From an uncultured Hungatella sp. (GTDB lineage Bacteria; Bacillota; Clostridia; Lachnospirales; Lachnospiraceae), in assembly GCA_910585435.1 (NCBI GenBank), contig CAJUEJ010000001.1, positions 122,286 through 186,285 of the forward strand: a stretch of 64,000 nt of DNA. Reading direction: 5' to 3'. Below the pieces are notes generated by a model, which was not told the origin of the DNA, searched no databases, and was given only the letters and a program-made list of their open reading frames with translations. The position numbers and the translations under genes were made by a program. Positions within the stretch are counted from its first letter, which is position 1, and each line of letters opens with the position of its first letter. Below, piece by piece: positions 1 to 9,390 of the stretch.

Positions 1-21
1 AGCGAGACCAGCCTGTGGTAA
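1..21 (+). CDS. 3' end of a sugar ABC transporter permease (partial)
   Basis: Reads SETSLW-stop, a typical LplB-type permease C-terminus, just before the RBS of the second permease. Confidence 0.6.
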   Translation, partial: SETSLW

Positions 22-36
22 AGGAGAGATAAGATT

Positions 37-918
37 ATGAAGATAAAGAGATCAAAAGGAGAGAAAACATTCCAGGTTTTCAATTATGTATTCCTGTCGC
101 TGATTATTGTCATCTGTTTTTATCCGGTGTGGTACGTGGCGATGGCGTCCTTCAGCAACAGCAATCTGCTGACCCAGCACAGCGGCCTGTTGTTTGCGCC
201 GGCTGGATTCAGCGTCGACGCATATAAAAAGGTATTCCAGAATCCCATGATTACCAAAGGGTATATGAATACTCTGTTTATTCTGATTGTGGGAGTTATA
301 TTTGACCTGTTTATGACATCCCTGGGGGCTTATTTCCTGTCCAGGAAGCGGGTGATGTTCAAGAAGCCCATTATGCTGTTTATTGTGTTTACCATGTTTT
401 TTTCTGGAGGAATGATTCCGTTTTATATTAATCTGAAGGATCTTCACCTGACAAACACTTTGTGGGGACTGATTATTCCGTTTATGATTAATACGTCCAA
501 CCTGATTATTCTGCGTACATCCTTTGAGAGTATTCCGGAGAGCCTGATTGAAGCGGCTCAGATCGACGGAGCCGGACACTTCAGGATCCTGTCTACTATT
601 GTGCTTCCGCTGTCCAAGGCCATGCTGGCGGTTATGGTTCTGTATTATGGCGTGAGTATCTGGAACTCCTGGTTCTGGGCATCGGCGATTTTGAGAAACA
701 GGGAAATGTATCCTTTGCAGATTATTTTGAGGGAGATTCTGCTGTCTAATGATACCAGCTCTATGACAGCGGGAACCAGTGCTATGGATACGGAGGCTAT
801 TGGGATGACTATTAAGTATGCTACGATTATGGTGGCTACCATTCCGATTTTGTGTGTGTATCCGTTTTTGCAGAAATATTTTACGAAGGGGACTATGGTT
901 GGGGCGGTGAAAGAGTAG
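37..918 (+). CDS. Carbohydrate ABC transporter permease (LplC/MalG-like)
   Basis: Multiple TM segments, EAA loop ESLIEAAQIDGAG, C-terminal PFLQKYFTKG..GAVKE; RBS aaggag. Confidence 0.95.
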   Translation: MKIKRSKGEKTFQVFNYVFLSLIIVICFYPVWYVAMASFSNSNLLTQHSGLLFAPAGFSVDAYKKVFQNPMITKGYMNTLFILIVGVIFDLFMTSLGAYFLSRKRVMFKKPIMLFIVFTMFFSGGMIPFYINLKDLHLTNTLWGLIIPFMINTSNLIILRTSFESIPESLIEAAQIDGAGHFRILSTIVLPLSKAMLAVMVLYYGVSIWNSWFWASAILRNREMYPLQIILREILLSNDTSSMTAGTSAMDTEAIGMTIKYATIMVATIPILCVYPFLQKYFTKGTMVGAVKE

Positions 919-945
919 CTGAAATGGAAAATAAGAGGTGAGGAA

Positions 946-2826
946 ATGGCAATGGAGAAAAAGGATGGGTCTATGAGGCGGATTGTTGAGGGAAAGCTGT
1001 GTCCTGTTATGGAGGATTTGTTTGACAGGGTATGGAATGGCGGGCTGGGGCTTAAGATAGACGGGACGCCGGCTTACAATGAAAAGGCCCAGTTTGTAGG
1101 AGGCAAGGTAATCAACCAGGCCTGTTATACGGCTGTGGAGCTGCTTAAGACGGAGGAGAGCCTGGAGAAGCTGGGAGATATGATCCGCATGGTTTCGGAT
1201 ATGCCTATGGAGACCTGGGGAATCTTAAATGGTATCAGCGGGTTGTATCGTCTTGAGAAGGCCGGGCTGCTTAAAAGGGTTGTGGATGAGGAGACACTTG
1301 GGAGGCTGAAGGTGTCCATGGACTGGCGGACTTTTGTGGATGTGAAGAATCACTATGCCCTGATTCATAAGCCTACCAACTACTATGGAGTGGCATTTGG
1401 GATTGCCAGGCACAGGGAGCTTCTGGGGTGGGAGCCTGAGGGGCACAGCATCCATCTTCTGAACCGGCTGATGGAGCATATTGACCAGTATTCCGGGGAG
1501 CTGTGTTTTATGGATGAGACACCGGGGGAGGGGAGATTTGACCGCTACAGCATCCTGGTTCCCAGCGAGCTGACGTCTCAGCTTCTGGATACCGGCTGGC
1601 AGGTTCCGGAAAAAATACGGAACATGCTGACGAAGTCTGCCCATATTTTCCTGGAATTGGCCGATGAGGAAGGGCAGGGCTTTTCTTACGGGCGCAGCAT
1701 CGGCGCCTATGGAGATACGGCTGCCCTGGAGGTGCTTTCCGCGGCGGCTGCCCTGGAAGGGGTTCTTGGTGAGGATGAAAAAGAACTGGCTTACGGCTAC
1801 AGCATAAGGCTTCTGGAGCATATGGTGGATTTCTGGTATGACACGGACATGGAATCGGTCAATATGTGGGAGAAGGGCAGGAAGACTGACAACTACCGGA
1901 ATAAGAACCGGATTCTGGGGGAGAACTTAAGTCTGTGCATGCAGATGGTGAATTCTTTTGAGCATTGGGAGAGAGCCGGGTATGGAGACCGTGACTTCCC
2001 GGATGACTATGGACGGAGGCTGGAGGAGTTAAGACCTTATCTGTATGTGCCTTTTGCCGGGGGAGCGTATGAGAGAGGCCTGGCCATTGTCCGGGACGGA
2101 AGGAACATCTGGTCTCTGCCTCTGATTAACGGGGGACAGAAATATTATGATAAGGATCCCTATATGCCGGTTCCGTTCCAGAATCTGGTGCTTGAAGGGG
2201 TGCCGGAGCATCATCACGGGCAGCTGGTTCCTCAGTTTTGGATGGAAGACGGGGAAATACTGATGCCCCTAGCTTACATGACAAGGATTACTCCCAAGGA
2301 AGAGGCAGGAAAGTTTTCTGTGACCTGCCGGTTTGAGAGCCTGTGCCGGATGGGAGAAAGAATTTTTGTAAACGGGCAGAAGGAAGCGGCGGATTCTGTG
2401 ACGGATAATTCTGTTGCCGGAGGAAGCCAGGAGGCACAGAGGCCGAAAAAGGCGGAGGGTGCCAGGGGAGAGGTCAGGTATACATTTTCCCAGGGGAAGA
2501 TTAAGCGGGAGGATGTGTTTACCTTTGACCGGGAGATGAAGGTAAAGAAGGTGCGCCTGGTTTTCCTGACCTACTCTGAAAAGCCCTGTGTCGGGGAAAA
2601 TGGTGTGGAATTCGGAGAGGGAATCATATCCGCTATGAAGGCCAGGGGCTATGGAAGCTGCAGTTTTAAAAAGGCTGCTGAAGACGGAAGCTTTGACACG
2701 CCTCATGGAAGGCTAAGCGGGGAAGCGGTCTGGGAGAGAGAGATGGAAGTGGAGGATAATAAGACCGACGAGGCCGGAAGGATGAAGCTAGAGCTGAGCT
2801 GGGAGATGGAATACCGGAGACGGTAG
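946..2826 (+). CDS. Uncharacterised cytoplasmic protein, probable carbohydrate-active enzyme (DUF2264/heparinase II-III-like architecture)
   Basis: 626-aa ORF with RBS, no signal peptide; RFDRYS and YGRSIGAYG resemble DUF2264-type FDYY/GRS motifs; lies between ABC permease and GH88. Confidence 0.6.
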   Translation: MAMEKKDGSMRRIVEGKLCPVMEDLFDRVWNGGLGLKIDGTPAYNEKAQFVGGKVINQACYTAVELLKTEESLEKLGDMIRMVSDMPMETWGILNGISGLYRLEKAGLLKRVVDEETLGRLKVSMDWRTFVDVKNHYALIHKPTNYYGVAFGIARHRELLGWEPEGHSIHLLNRLMEHIDQYSGELCFMDETPGEGRFDRYSILVPSELTSQLLDTGWQVPEKIRNMLTKSAHIFLELADEEGQGFSYGRSIGAYGDTAALEVLSAAAALEGVLGEDEKELAYGYSIRLLEHMVDFWYDTDMESVNMWEKGRKTDNYRNKNRILGENLSLCMQMVNSFEHWERAGYGDRDFPDDYGRRLEELRPYLYVPFAGGAYERGLAIVRDGRNIWSLPLINGGQKYYDKDPYMPVPFQNLVLEGVPEHHHGQLVPQFWMEDGEILMPLAYMTRITPKEEAGKFSVTCRFESLCRMGERIFVNGQKEAADSVTDNSVAGGSQEAQRPKKAEGARGEVRYTFSQGKIKREDVFTFDREMKVKKVRLVFLTYSEKPCVGENGVEFGEGIISAMKARGYGSCSFKKAAEDGSFDTPHGRLSGEAVWEREMEVEDNKTDEAGRMKLELSWEMEYRRR

Positions 2827-2844
2827 AAAGGAAGGGCAGGGAAT

Positions 2845-3954
2845 ATGGACTGGATCAGAGATTCGCTTGAAAAGACAGAGAAAAAGCTGGAGGCGGAGGC
2901 AGGACGTATGGGGGAGAAAATCCCTTATATCGCAGAAAACGGACGCTATGAAAAGGATATGAGAGACGAGAACCTGTCCTGGTGGACCAATGGCTTCTGG
3001 GCCGGGATGATGTGGCAGATGTATCATGCCTCAGGAAAAGAGCTGTTTAAGGAGGCTGCCTGTAAGACGGAAAAAACCCTTGACAGGGCCCTGGAAAATT
3101 ATGAGGGCCTTCACCATGATGTGGGATTTATGTGGATGCACACGGCAGCGGCCGATTACCGTCTGACTGGCAATCCCCTGTCCAGAAAAAGGGCTCTCCA
3201 TGTAGCCAATCTGCTGGCAGGGCGGTTTAATTATGCAGGAAAGTTTATACGGGCCTGGAACCTGGATAAGACTGGATGGATGATTGTGGACTGTATGATG
3301 AATCTGTCGCTGCTTTACTGGGCATCAGAGGAAACCGGCGATCCCAGATATGCACAGATAGCCGACATGCACGCGGATACGGCCATGAAAGAGGTGATGC
3401 GTCCTGACGGATCCTGCAACCACATCGTGGTGTTTGACCCGGAGACAGGGGCTGTGACAGAAAAACCGGGAGGGCAGGGATACGGGGAAGGCTCTGCCTG
3501 GTCCAGAGGCCAGGCCTGGGCCCTGTATGGGTTTGCTCTGGCTTTCCTTCACACAGGGAGAGAAGAATACCTGGATACGGCGAAGCGGGCGGCCCACTAT
3601 TTTATCGCCAACATTGCCATGACAGACCATGTGTCCCTGTCAGACTTCCGCGCCCCTGAGGAACCGGTGGTGTGGGATACCACTGCCGCCGCCTGTGCTG
3701 CCTGCGGCCTTCTGCAGATTGCAGAGATGGTGCCGGAGCTGGAGCAGGGGCTGTACCGTTTTCACGGTGAGAAAATATTAAAGCGTCTGACGGAAACGCA
3801 CTGCTGCTGGGATGAAGTAAAAGACGGGATTCTCCAGTACGGCACAGCAGCCTATCACAGGAAGGAGGATACACATGTGCCGATTATTTACGGGGATTAT
3901 TTTCTGACAGAAGGGCTTTTGCGGCTGGCGGAGAAAGGGTTTATGATTTGGTAA
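2845..3954 (+). CDS. GH88 unsaturated glucuronyl hydrolase
   Basis: WTNGFW, HHDVGF, IVDCMMN, WSRGQAW, IYGDYF motifs. Confidence 0.92.
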   Translation: MDWIRDSLEKTEKKLEAEAGRMGEKIPYIAENGRYEKDMRDENLSWWTNGFWAGMMWQMYHASGKELFKEAACKTEKTLDRALENYEGLHHDVGFMWMHTAAADYRLTGNPLSRKRALHVANLLAGRFNYAGKFIRAWNLDKTGWMIVDCMMNLSLLYWASEETGDPRYAQIADMHADTAMKEVMRPDGSCNHIVVFDPETGAVTEKPGGQGYGEGSAWSRGQAWALYGFALAFLHTGREEYLDTAKRAAHYFIANIAMTDHVSLSDFRAPEEPVVWDTTAAACAACGLLQIAEMVPELEQGLYRFHGEKILKRLTETHCCWDEVKDGILQYGTAAYHRKEDTHVPIIYGDYFLTEGLLRLAEKGFMIW

Positions 3955-3962
3955 TCCCCAAA

Positions 3963-5030
3963 TCAATCACCCAGCATATTCACAACCTTCGCCGGAGTCC
4001 GGTAATACATATTGGAGGTAATGATACCTGTCTTTTCTGTGGAGGCGTGGACAATCCGGCCGTTGCCGATGTAGATGGCCACATGGTTGATTCCGCCTCC
4101 GCCGCTGTAGAATACCAGATCGCCCGGCCTGGCCTCCTCCGGGGAGATGGCTCTTCCCTGGGAGGACTGGGAGGCAGCTGTGCGGTTTAAGTAGACCCCT
4201 GCCTTGTTGCTGAGAATATATCTGGTAAATCCGGAACAGTCCACCCCGGTGTGAGGGTCATTCCCGCCATAGACATAGGCATTGCCCACAAACTGAAGGG
4301 CATACTCCACGATGGAGTTTCTCACGGCTTCCCTGCGGGCCTTTTCTTCGGCCTCGGCCTGCCGTTTGTTTTCTATCATGGTCAGATAGCTGTCATACTG
4401 GCCTGTCTTTTCTGAGAGGCTGCTCTGAAGCCTGCCCAGCTCTGACTGGATTGCCTGGAAATCGGCGGTATTCTTTGCGTAAGCCTCAGGAAGCTCCCTG
4501 GAGGTAACCCTGACTTTATAGTTGGAGGACAGGGTGGCATCTCCCGGCTGATAGCTTTCAGACAGTGTCTCCTGGGTCTGTCCGCTTTGGGTCCCGCTTT
4601 CATCTGTATCCCCCTCTGTCAGCATCTGCTGCAGGCCCAGCTCCTGGCGGATCTGATCCTCACGGGCCACCAGTTCTTCCAGCTCGCTTAAGGTATCCCT
4701 GGTTTTCTGCTCCAGCTCTTTAAGCGCCAGCTCCTGTTCTTCACGGGCCTTCTTTAACATCTCATTTTCCTGGTCTTCCAGCTCCTTCTGGGCTGCTAAA
4801 AGCTCCCATTCCCGTTCCAGATGCTCTTTTTCCTTCTGAACCACATTTAACTGATGGTGAGAACCGGCAAAAAACAGACAAGTACCGGTGAGAACCAGAA
4901 GGGCTATAAAAAAGATACCAAAGGTCCACACAGGAGTCTTAAAATGAATTGGTTCTTTTTGAGAGTGGGGAAGCAGCATGACCGTATAATTTAAGGAAAT
5001 GCGTTCCTTCTTAAATTTTTTCCATTTCAT
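3963..5030 (-). CDS. Membrane-anchored coiled-coil NlpC/P60 (C40) peptidoglycan endopeptidase
   Basis: Basic N-terminus, one TM, long coiled coil, C-terminal YVYGG..GVDCSGF..PGDLVFY..HVAIY..HAS. Confidence 0.9.
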   Translation of the reverse strand: MKWKKFKKERISLNYTVMLLPHSQKEPIHFKTPVWTFGIFFIALLVLTGTCLFFAGSHHQLNVVQKEKEHLEREWELLAAQKELEDQENEMLKKAREEQELALKELEQKTRDTLSELEELVAREDQIRQELGLQQMLTEGDTDESGTQSGQTQETLSESYQPGDATLSSNYKVRVTSRELPEAYAKNTADFQAIQSELGRLQSSLSEKTGQYDSYLTMIENKRQAEAEEKARREAVRNSIVEYALQFVGNAYVYGGNDPHTGVDCSGFTRYILSNKAGVYLNRTAASQSSQGRAISPEEARPGDLVFYSGGGGINHVAIYIGNGRIVHASTEKTGIITSNMYYRTPAKVVNMLGD

Positions 5031-5087
5031 ATGTAATCTGTTCTCCTTTTCAGTTAATGGAAATAAGACATCCAGACAGTATGTTCA

Positions 5088-5588
5088 TTATTCGTTGTCA
5101 GTCTCATCCTTATCTTCCATATCCGGCTTTTTGGGATCTTCCAAATCCTCCAAATCCTCTATGGACGGCTCAGAATAGCTGAATTCCTCTGAATCCTTAT
5201 CCGGGATGGACGGACGGGAAGTGCTGTCATCCTCTGACAAATCCATGGTACAGTTTCCTTTGAAGGAAGCGCCCTCGTCGATCACAAGGGTTTTGGTAAA
5301 CATATCGCCCAGCACACGGCCGGTTCCCGTGATCTCGATTTTGGAATCGGCCCGGATGTTGCCGTACACGGTTCCGGCAATCAGGATGTCAACCGCCTTG
5401 ATATCGCCCCGGATAACGCCGTGTTCTCCGATAATAACAGAACTTTCTGACAGAATCTTTCCCTGAAGCAGGCCGTCTACCCTGGTGGAATCTGAGGTTA
5501 AAAGCAAACCTTCAATCTTGGAATTGTCACCGATAATCGTGTTAATCATACCGCCGGAAACAGCTTTGGGTTTCTTTGAATTAAACAT
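5088..5588 (-). CDS. Bactofilin (polymer-forming cytoskeletal protein, CcmA family)
   Basis: TIIG..IEG..RVDG..G..IRGDI..IAGTVYGNI..I...GRVLGD...LVIDEGASFKG beta-helix pattern; N-terminal MFNSKK; acidic tail. Confidence 0.92.
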   Translation of the reverse strand: MFNSKKPKAVSGGMINTIIGDNSKIEGLLLTSDSTRVDGLLQGKILSESSVIIGEHGVIRGDIKAVDILIAGTVYGNIRADSKIEITGTGRVLGDMFTKTLVIDEGASFKGNCTMDLSEDDSTSRPSIPDKDSEEFSYSEPSIEDLEDLEDPKKPDMEDKDETDNE

Positions 5589-5961
5589 AATTCCTCCTCA
5601 AATATAGAACTGGATATTTTTCCACATATTTTTTGAAACAATCAGATACCATATATATTAACACTTTCGGATTAAAATTTCAATATTAAGTAACATATTT
5701 GTAATATATTTTTTACGGGATATTACATCTTTTATAGGAATACCCCAGAAAAATCCTTGCCTGGCGTTGAGGGCCGGACTGTGGGCAGGGGAAAACAGAT
5801 GTTTTAAATTTAACAGAAAAGTAATATATTTAGGAATATATATAATAGAATATACATATATTGAAACAAAAAGGACGGTGGAAATTAGTGAAATTTTAAC
5901 ATAAGAAATAAAAATGTAAAAAATATCCGGTATGGAATATGACGATTATTGCCTGTATCCA

Positions 5962-5991
5962 TTGACTTTATAAGATTAATTCCCATATAAT
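5962..5991 (+). promoter_or_regulatory. sigmaA-type promoter of the cell wall hydrolase
   Basis: TTGACT-N18-TATAAT. Confidence 0.6.
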
Positions 5992-6120
5992 TAGCGGGAT
6001 TGCCGAAAGTTTAACGATAAAAGTGGGGGATATTCCCATATTTTATAGTGGCTGGAACATTCTTGGACTCAGGACAGGATCCGGCTTCTGATTATCCGAA
6101 AAAGAAAGGAGCATCCGAAT

Positions 6121-6798
6121 ATGTTTATGATAAAGGAAACGTTTGTGAGGCAGGTAACCGTACTGCTGTCGTCTTTGTCACTGCTGTTTATTGTAGTGCT
6201 GGCTTCCGGTGAAACAGGAAGAGGGGACATCCGCACGCTGACGGCATTTGCAGAGACAAACGCGGAAGTGGCAGAGGCGGCGGAAGCTGAAAAGGAAAGC
6301 ATTGCACAGCAGGAGAAGGCTCTGGAAGAAACGGAGATTGAGAAAATCCGCAAAGAGGAAGCGGTAAGCGAGACAGACGCAGTGAAAGAAAAACTGGCAC
6401 AGAAGGAGGCGTCTGCAGTTGTGCCGTGCAGCCAGGAGGACTATCAGATTCTCCTGCGCATTGTACAGGCGGAAGCAGGAATCTGCGACGACAGGGGCAA
6501 GGTCCTAGTGGCCAATGTAATCTTAAACCGCGTCCGGAATGAAGAGTTTCCGGACACAATAAAAGATGTGGTGTATCAGCGCTCCCAGTTTTCACCGGTG
6601 GCCAACGGCACCATCAATACCTGCAAGGTGACACAGCAGACCATTGACTGTGTGAACAGAGCCTTAAGCGGGGAGGACTACTCCCAGGGAGCCCTGTATT
6701 TTATGAACCGCAGCGGGGCCCGCCAGGGAGCTGCAAGCTGGTTTGACGGACGCCTGACATTTTTATTCCAGCATGAAAAACATGAATTTTTTAAATAG
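6121..6798 (+). CDS. Cell wall hydrolase, SleB/CwlJ-like (Hydrolase_2)
   Basis: N-terminal signal/TM; LLRIVQAEAG (catalytic Glu), VANVILNRV, FPDTIKDVVYQ..QFSPV, GALYF. Confidence 0.9.
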   Translation: MFMIKETFVRQVTVLLSSLSLLFIVVLASGETGRGDIRTLTAFAETNAEVAEAAEAEKESIAQQEKALEETEIEKIRKEEAVSETDAVKEKLAQKEASAVVPCSQEDYQILLRIVQAEAGICDDRGKVLVANVILNRVRNEEFPDTIKDVVYQRSQFSPVANGTINTCKVTQQTIDCVNRALSGEDYSQGALYFMNRSGARQGAASWFDGRLTFLFQHEKHEFFK

Positions 6799-6799
6799 C

Positions 6800-7783
6800 T
6801 TACGGATTCCATCCGTCGTTGCCGGAAAGCACAGCTTCCTTGGTATAATAAGGAAGCTCTTCCTCAGGGATCCGCTTTACCCAGGATGGGCGGCTGTCCA
6901 TAGAAGCCCCGGGCCCTGTGCTGTTGTATTCCCCGTAGAAGGCAGTGACGTGGGCTTTTGGCTTATCCCAGTCATGCCACCCCTCCGGGCAGATGTGGGC
7001 CCCCATCTGGCAGTTTAAAAGCACGGTCCTGGCAAATTCCCGCCACGGCCGGCCCAGATAAGCTGTATGAGGCGGGCAGTTCCCTGTAAAACGGCATCCC
7101 TCCATCACATAGCCGTAAGTCTGCCCCTCCGGTGTGGACGCGGCAGTCACATAGCTGTTAACCGGGCTGCCTGTATCTTTGGAAAAGAATTCGCAGCACT
7201 CAAAATAAGCAGTGGCGCCTCCGAAGATGAAATCGATATCTCCCTCTATATAACAATTCTTATAATACTGGCGGCCGTTTATACGGGGCGCATACTGTTT
7301 GGGCCCGATAAATCCATTAGGCTCTATCTCTTTGGGAGGAAGGGGCGCGGTAAACAGAGTATCCTGGTTCCCCAAAAAAGAACAGCTGTCAAACTGAATC
7401 CGATCCCCGTCCACATACATAGCCAGCGCCTGCCCCACCTTTACTCCCGGACCGGCACTGTTTGCAAAGGTCATGTTCCTGGCCGTAAAATCGTGGGTGT
7501 CGATCATACAGCTGTAAGTCCGAAACGTTCCCAGCTTTCCTATGTCCGGAGCTTTCATCTGTGCATACAGATCATACGTCAGCACCGTCTTCTCCCTGGA
7601 TTCCCCTAAAAATGTAATGTAAGGAACCGAAACCGTCGCCCGCTCTTTATAGATCCCGTTGTGGACAAAAAGCACGGTCTCACAGCAGGGCCCCCCATCC
7701 CGGGCACCGTTTTGTGTCAAAAAATCCAAAGCCTCCTGAATCCCGGCAAAATCACCGGAACCATCCTGTGCAATATGTATCAT
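6800..7783 (-). CDS. Pectinesterase (CE8)
   Basis: IAQDGSGDF, GIYKE, QALA, GNQDTL, IEGDIDFIFG, YLGRPW; start moved to the ATG after RBS gaaaggg. Confidence 0.92.
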   Translation of the reverse strand: MIHIAQDGSGDFAGIQEALDFLTQNGARDGGPCCETVLFVHNGIYKERATVSVPYITFLGESREKTVLTYDLYAQMKAPDIGKLGTFRTYSCMIDTHDFTARNMTFANSAGPGVKVGQALAMYVDGDRIQFDSCSFLGNQDTLFTAPLPPKEIEPNGFIGPKQYAPRINGRQYYKNCYIEGDIDFIFGGATAYFECCEFFSKDTGSPVNSYVTAASTPEGQTYGYVMEGCRFTGNCPPHTAYLGRPWREFARTVLLNCQMGAHICPEGWHDWDKPKAHVTAFYGEYNSTGPGASMDSRPSWVKRIPEEELPYYTKEAVLSGNDGWNP

Positions 7784-7924
7784 ACGTATCCCTTTCTCTA
7801 TCGGATCCCTCTCCATGGGGATCCGGCATTTCATAAATATTTATCAGTATACCGTATTTTAGAGCCCCATTCAAGAAAATAAGCGCGCTCTGTTACAAAA
7901 ATATTACAAATACCCTATTCACCC

Positions 7925-7953
7925 TTGAACTTTTCCTCATTGCACATTATAAT
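7925..7953 (+). promoter_or_regulatory. sigmaA-type promoter of the MFP-yggS-sepF operon
   Basis: TTGAAC-N17-TATAAT. Confidence 0.7.
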
Positions 7954-7976
7954 ACTATAGGGAAGGGAGTTTCAGA

Positions 7977-9377
7977 ATGGCAAATGGAAACAAGAAAATT
8001 GTCAAGTACCGAAGACCGAAGAATTTCAATATAGGCGCATTTATCTTTTTTGCTATATTTGCCTATATGGCTTTCTATGTTTATAAATACGTAACCAAAG
8101 AAAAGGTTCAGCCATACGAAGTGACAGAGGGGGCAATCGTAAATAATAAAAAGTACACCGGAATTATCTTACGCAATGAAACTACCGCGTATCTGGACAC
8201 CACCGGATACATAAACTACTACATACGGGAAGGGAAGAGGGCTGCAGCCGGGACCAGCATCTATTCTGTGGATGAATCAGGAACCCTGGCCTCCATTGTA
8301 AAGGAGAACGGGCTGGATCAGACTTCCCTGGCCGACGAGGATCTGTTGGGCGTGAAAAAGCAGCTGTCCAATTACAGCCTGTCCTATTCAGATGAACGGT
8401 TTGATGACATCTATGATACCAAGTATTCTCTGGACGCCCTGGTTTCTGAGTATGCCAATTTCTATGCCATGGAAAGCCAGGAGCAGGTCATTGAACAGCT
8501 GGGAGGGAATTTTAAGCAGGTTCAGACTCCTGTAAGCGGGGTGATTTCCTATGCCATCGATTCCTACGAGGATCTGAAGGCTTCCCAGATTACGGAGGAA
8601 GTGTTTGACAGAACCAATTATTCCAGAGGAATCACCAAGGCAGGACAGCTGATGGAGCAGGGGACACCGGTCTACAAGGTGGTTACAGATGATGCCTGGT
8701 CACTGGTATTCCCCATGTCCCAGGAGGATGAGGAAGCCTTTGGGGGGGAGCCCAGCCTGCGTGTATCTTTTTCCGGATCGGATCTGACTACCACAGGCAG
8801 CCTGTCCGTGATTACAGGAGCAGACGGCAAGGCCTACGGGAAACTGGATTTCACCAAATATATGGTGCAGTTTGTGTCTGACAGGTATCTGGACTTTGAG
8901 ATTGTCACCAGCTCGGCGCAAGGTTTAAAGATCCCTATCAGCTCCGTTATCAGCAAAAACTTTTATCTGGTTCCGGTAAATTTTCTGACTACCGGAGGGG
9001 ACAGTGTGGAGAATGGATTTTTAAAGGAAGTCTATTCGGAAAGCGGGACGTCCATCGTCTTTGTTCCCGCCACGATTTACTATTCTTCCGATGAATATTA
9101 TTATATTGACATGGGTGAAGGGGAGGAGATTCAGGCTGGAGATTATCTGGTAAAGCCGGATTCCACGGACCGGTATCAGGTAGGGCCGTCAGCGTCTCTT
9201 CAGGGAGTTTACAATATTAACAGAGGGTATACTGTGTTTAAGCAGATTGAGATTCTGGCCCAGAGCGATGAATTTTATACGGTGAAAAAAGGTACAAGCT
9301 ACGGGCTGAATGTATATGATCATATTGTGTTAGACGGATCCCTGATTGAAAAAGAAGGGGTGCTGATCTATCAGTAG
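7977..9377 (+). CDS. HlyD/membrane-fusion-like adaptor protein
   Basis: N-terminal TM, lipoyl-like half motifs (GYINYYIREGKR / TPVSGVISY) around a helical hairpin, GLKIPISS, GLNVYDHIV; usual position upstream of yggS in Clostridia. Confidence 0.7.
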   Translation: MANGNKKIVKYRRPKNFNIGAFIFFAIFAYMAFYVYKYVTKEKVQPYEVTEGAIVNNKKYTGIILRNETTAYLDTTGYINYYIREGKRAAAGTSIYSVDESGTLASIVKENGLDQTSLADEDLLGVKKQLSNYSLSYSDERFDDIYDTKYSLDALVSEYANFYAMESQEQVIEQLGGNFKQVQTPVSGVISYAIDSYEDLKASQITEEVFDRTNYSRGITKAGQLMEQGTPVYKVVTDDAWSLVFPMSQEDEEAFGGEPSLRVSFSGSDLTTTGSLSVITGADGKAYGKLDFTKYMVQFVSDRYLDFEIVTSSAQGLKIPISSVISKNFYLVPVNFLTTGGDSVENGFLKEVYSESGTSIVFVPATIYYSSDEYYYIDMGEGEEIQAGDYLVKPDSTDRYQVGPSASLQGVYNINRGYTVFKQIEILAQSDEFYTVKKGTSYGLNVYDHIVLDGSLIEKEGVLIYQ

Positions 9378-9390
9378 GAGAGGACAGAGT

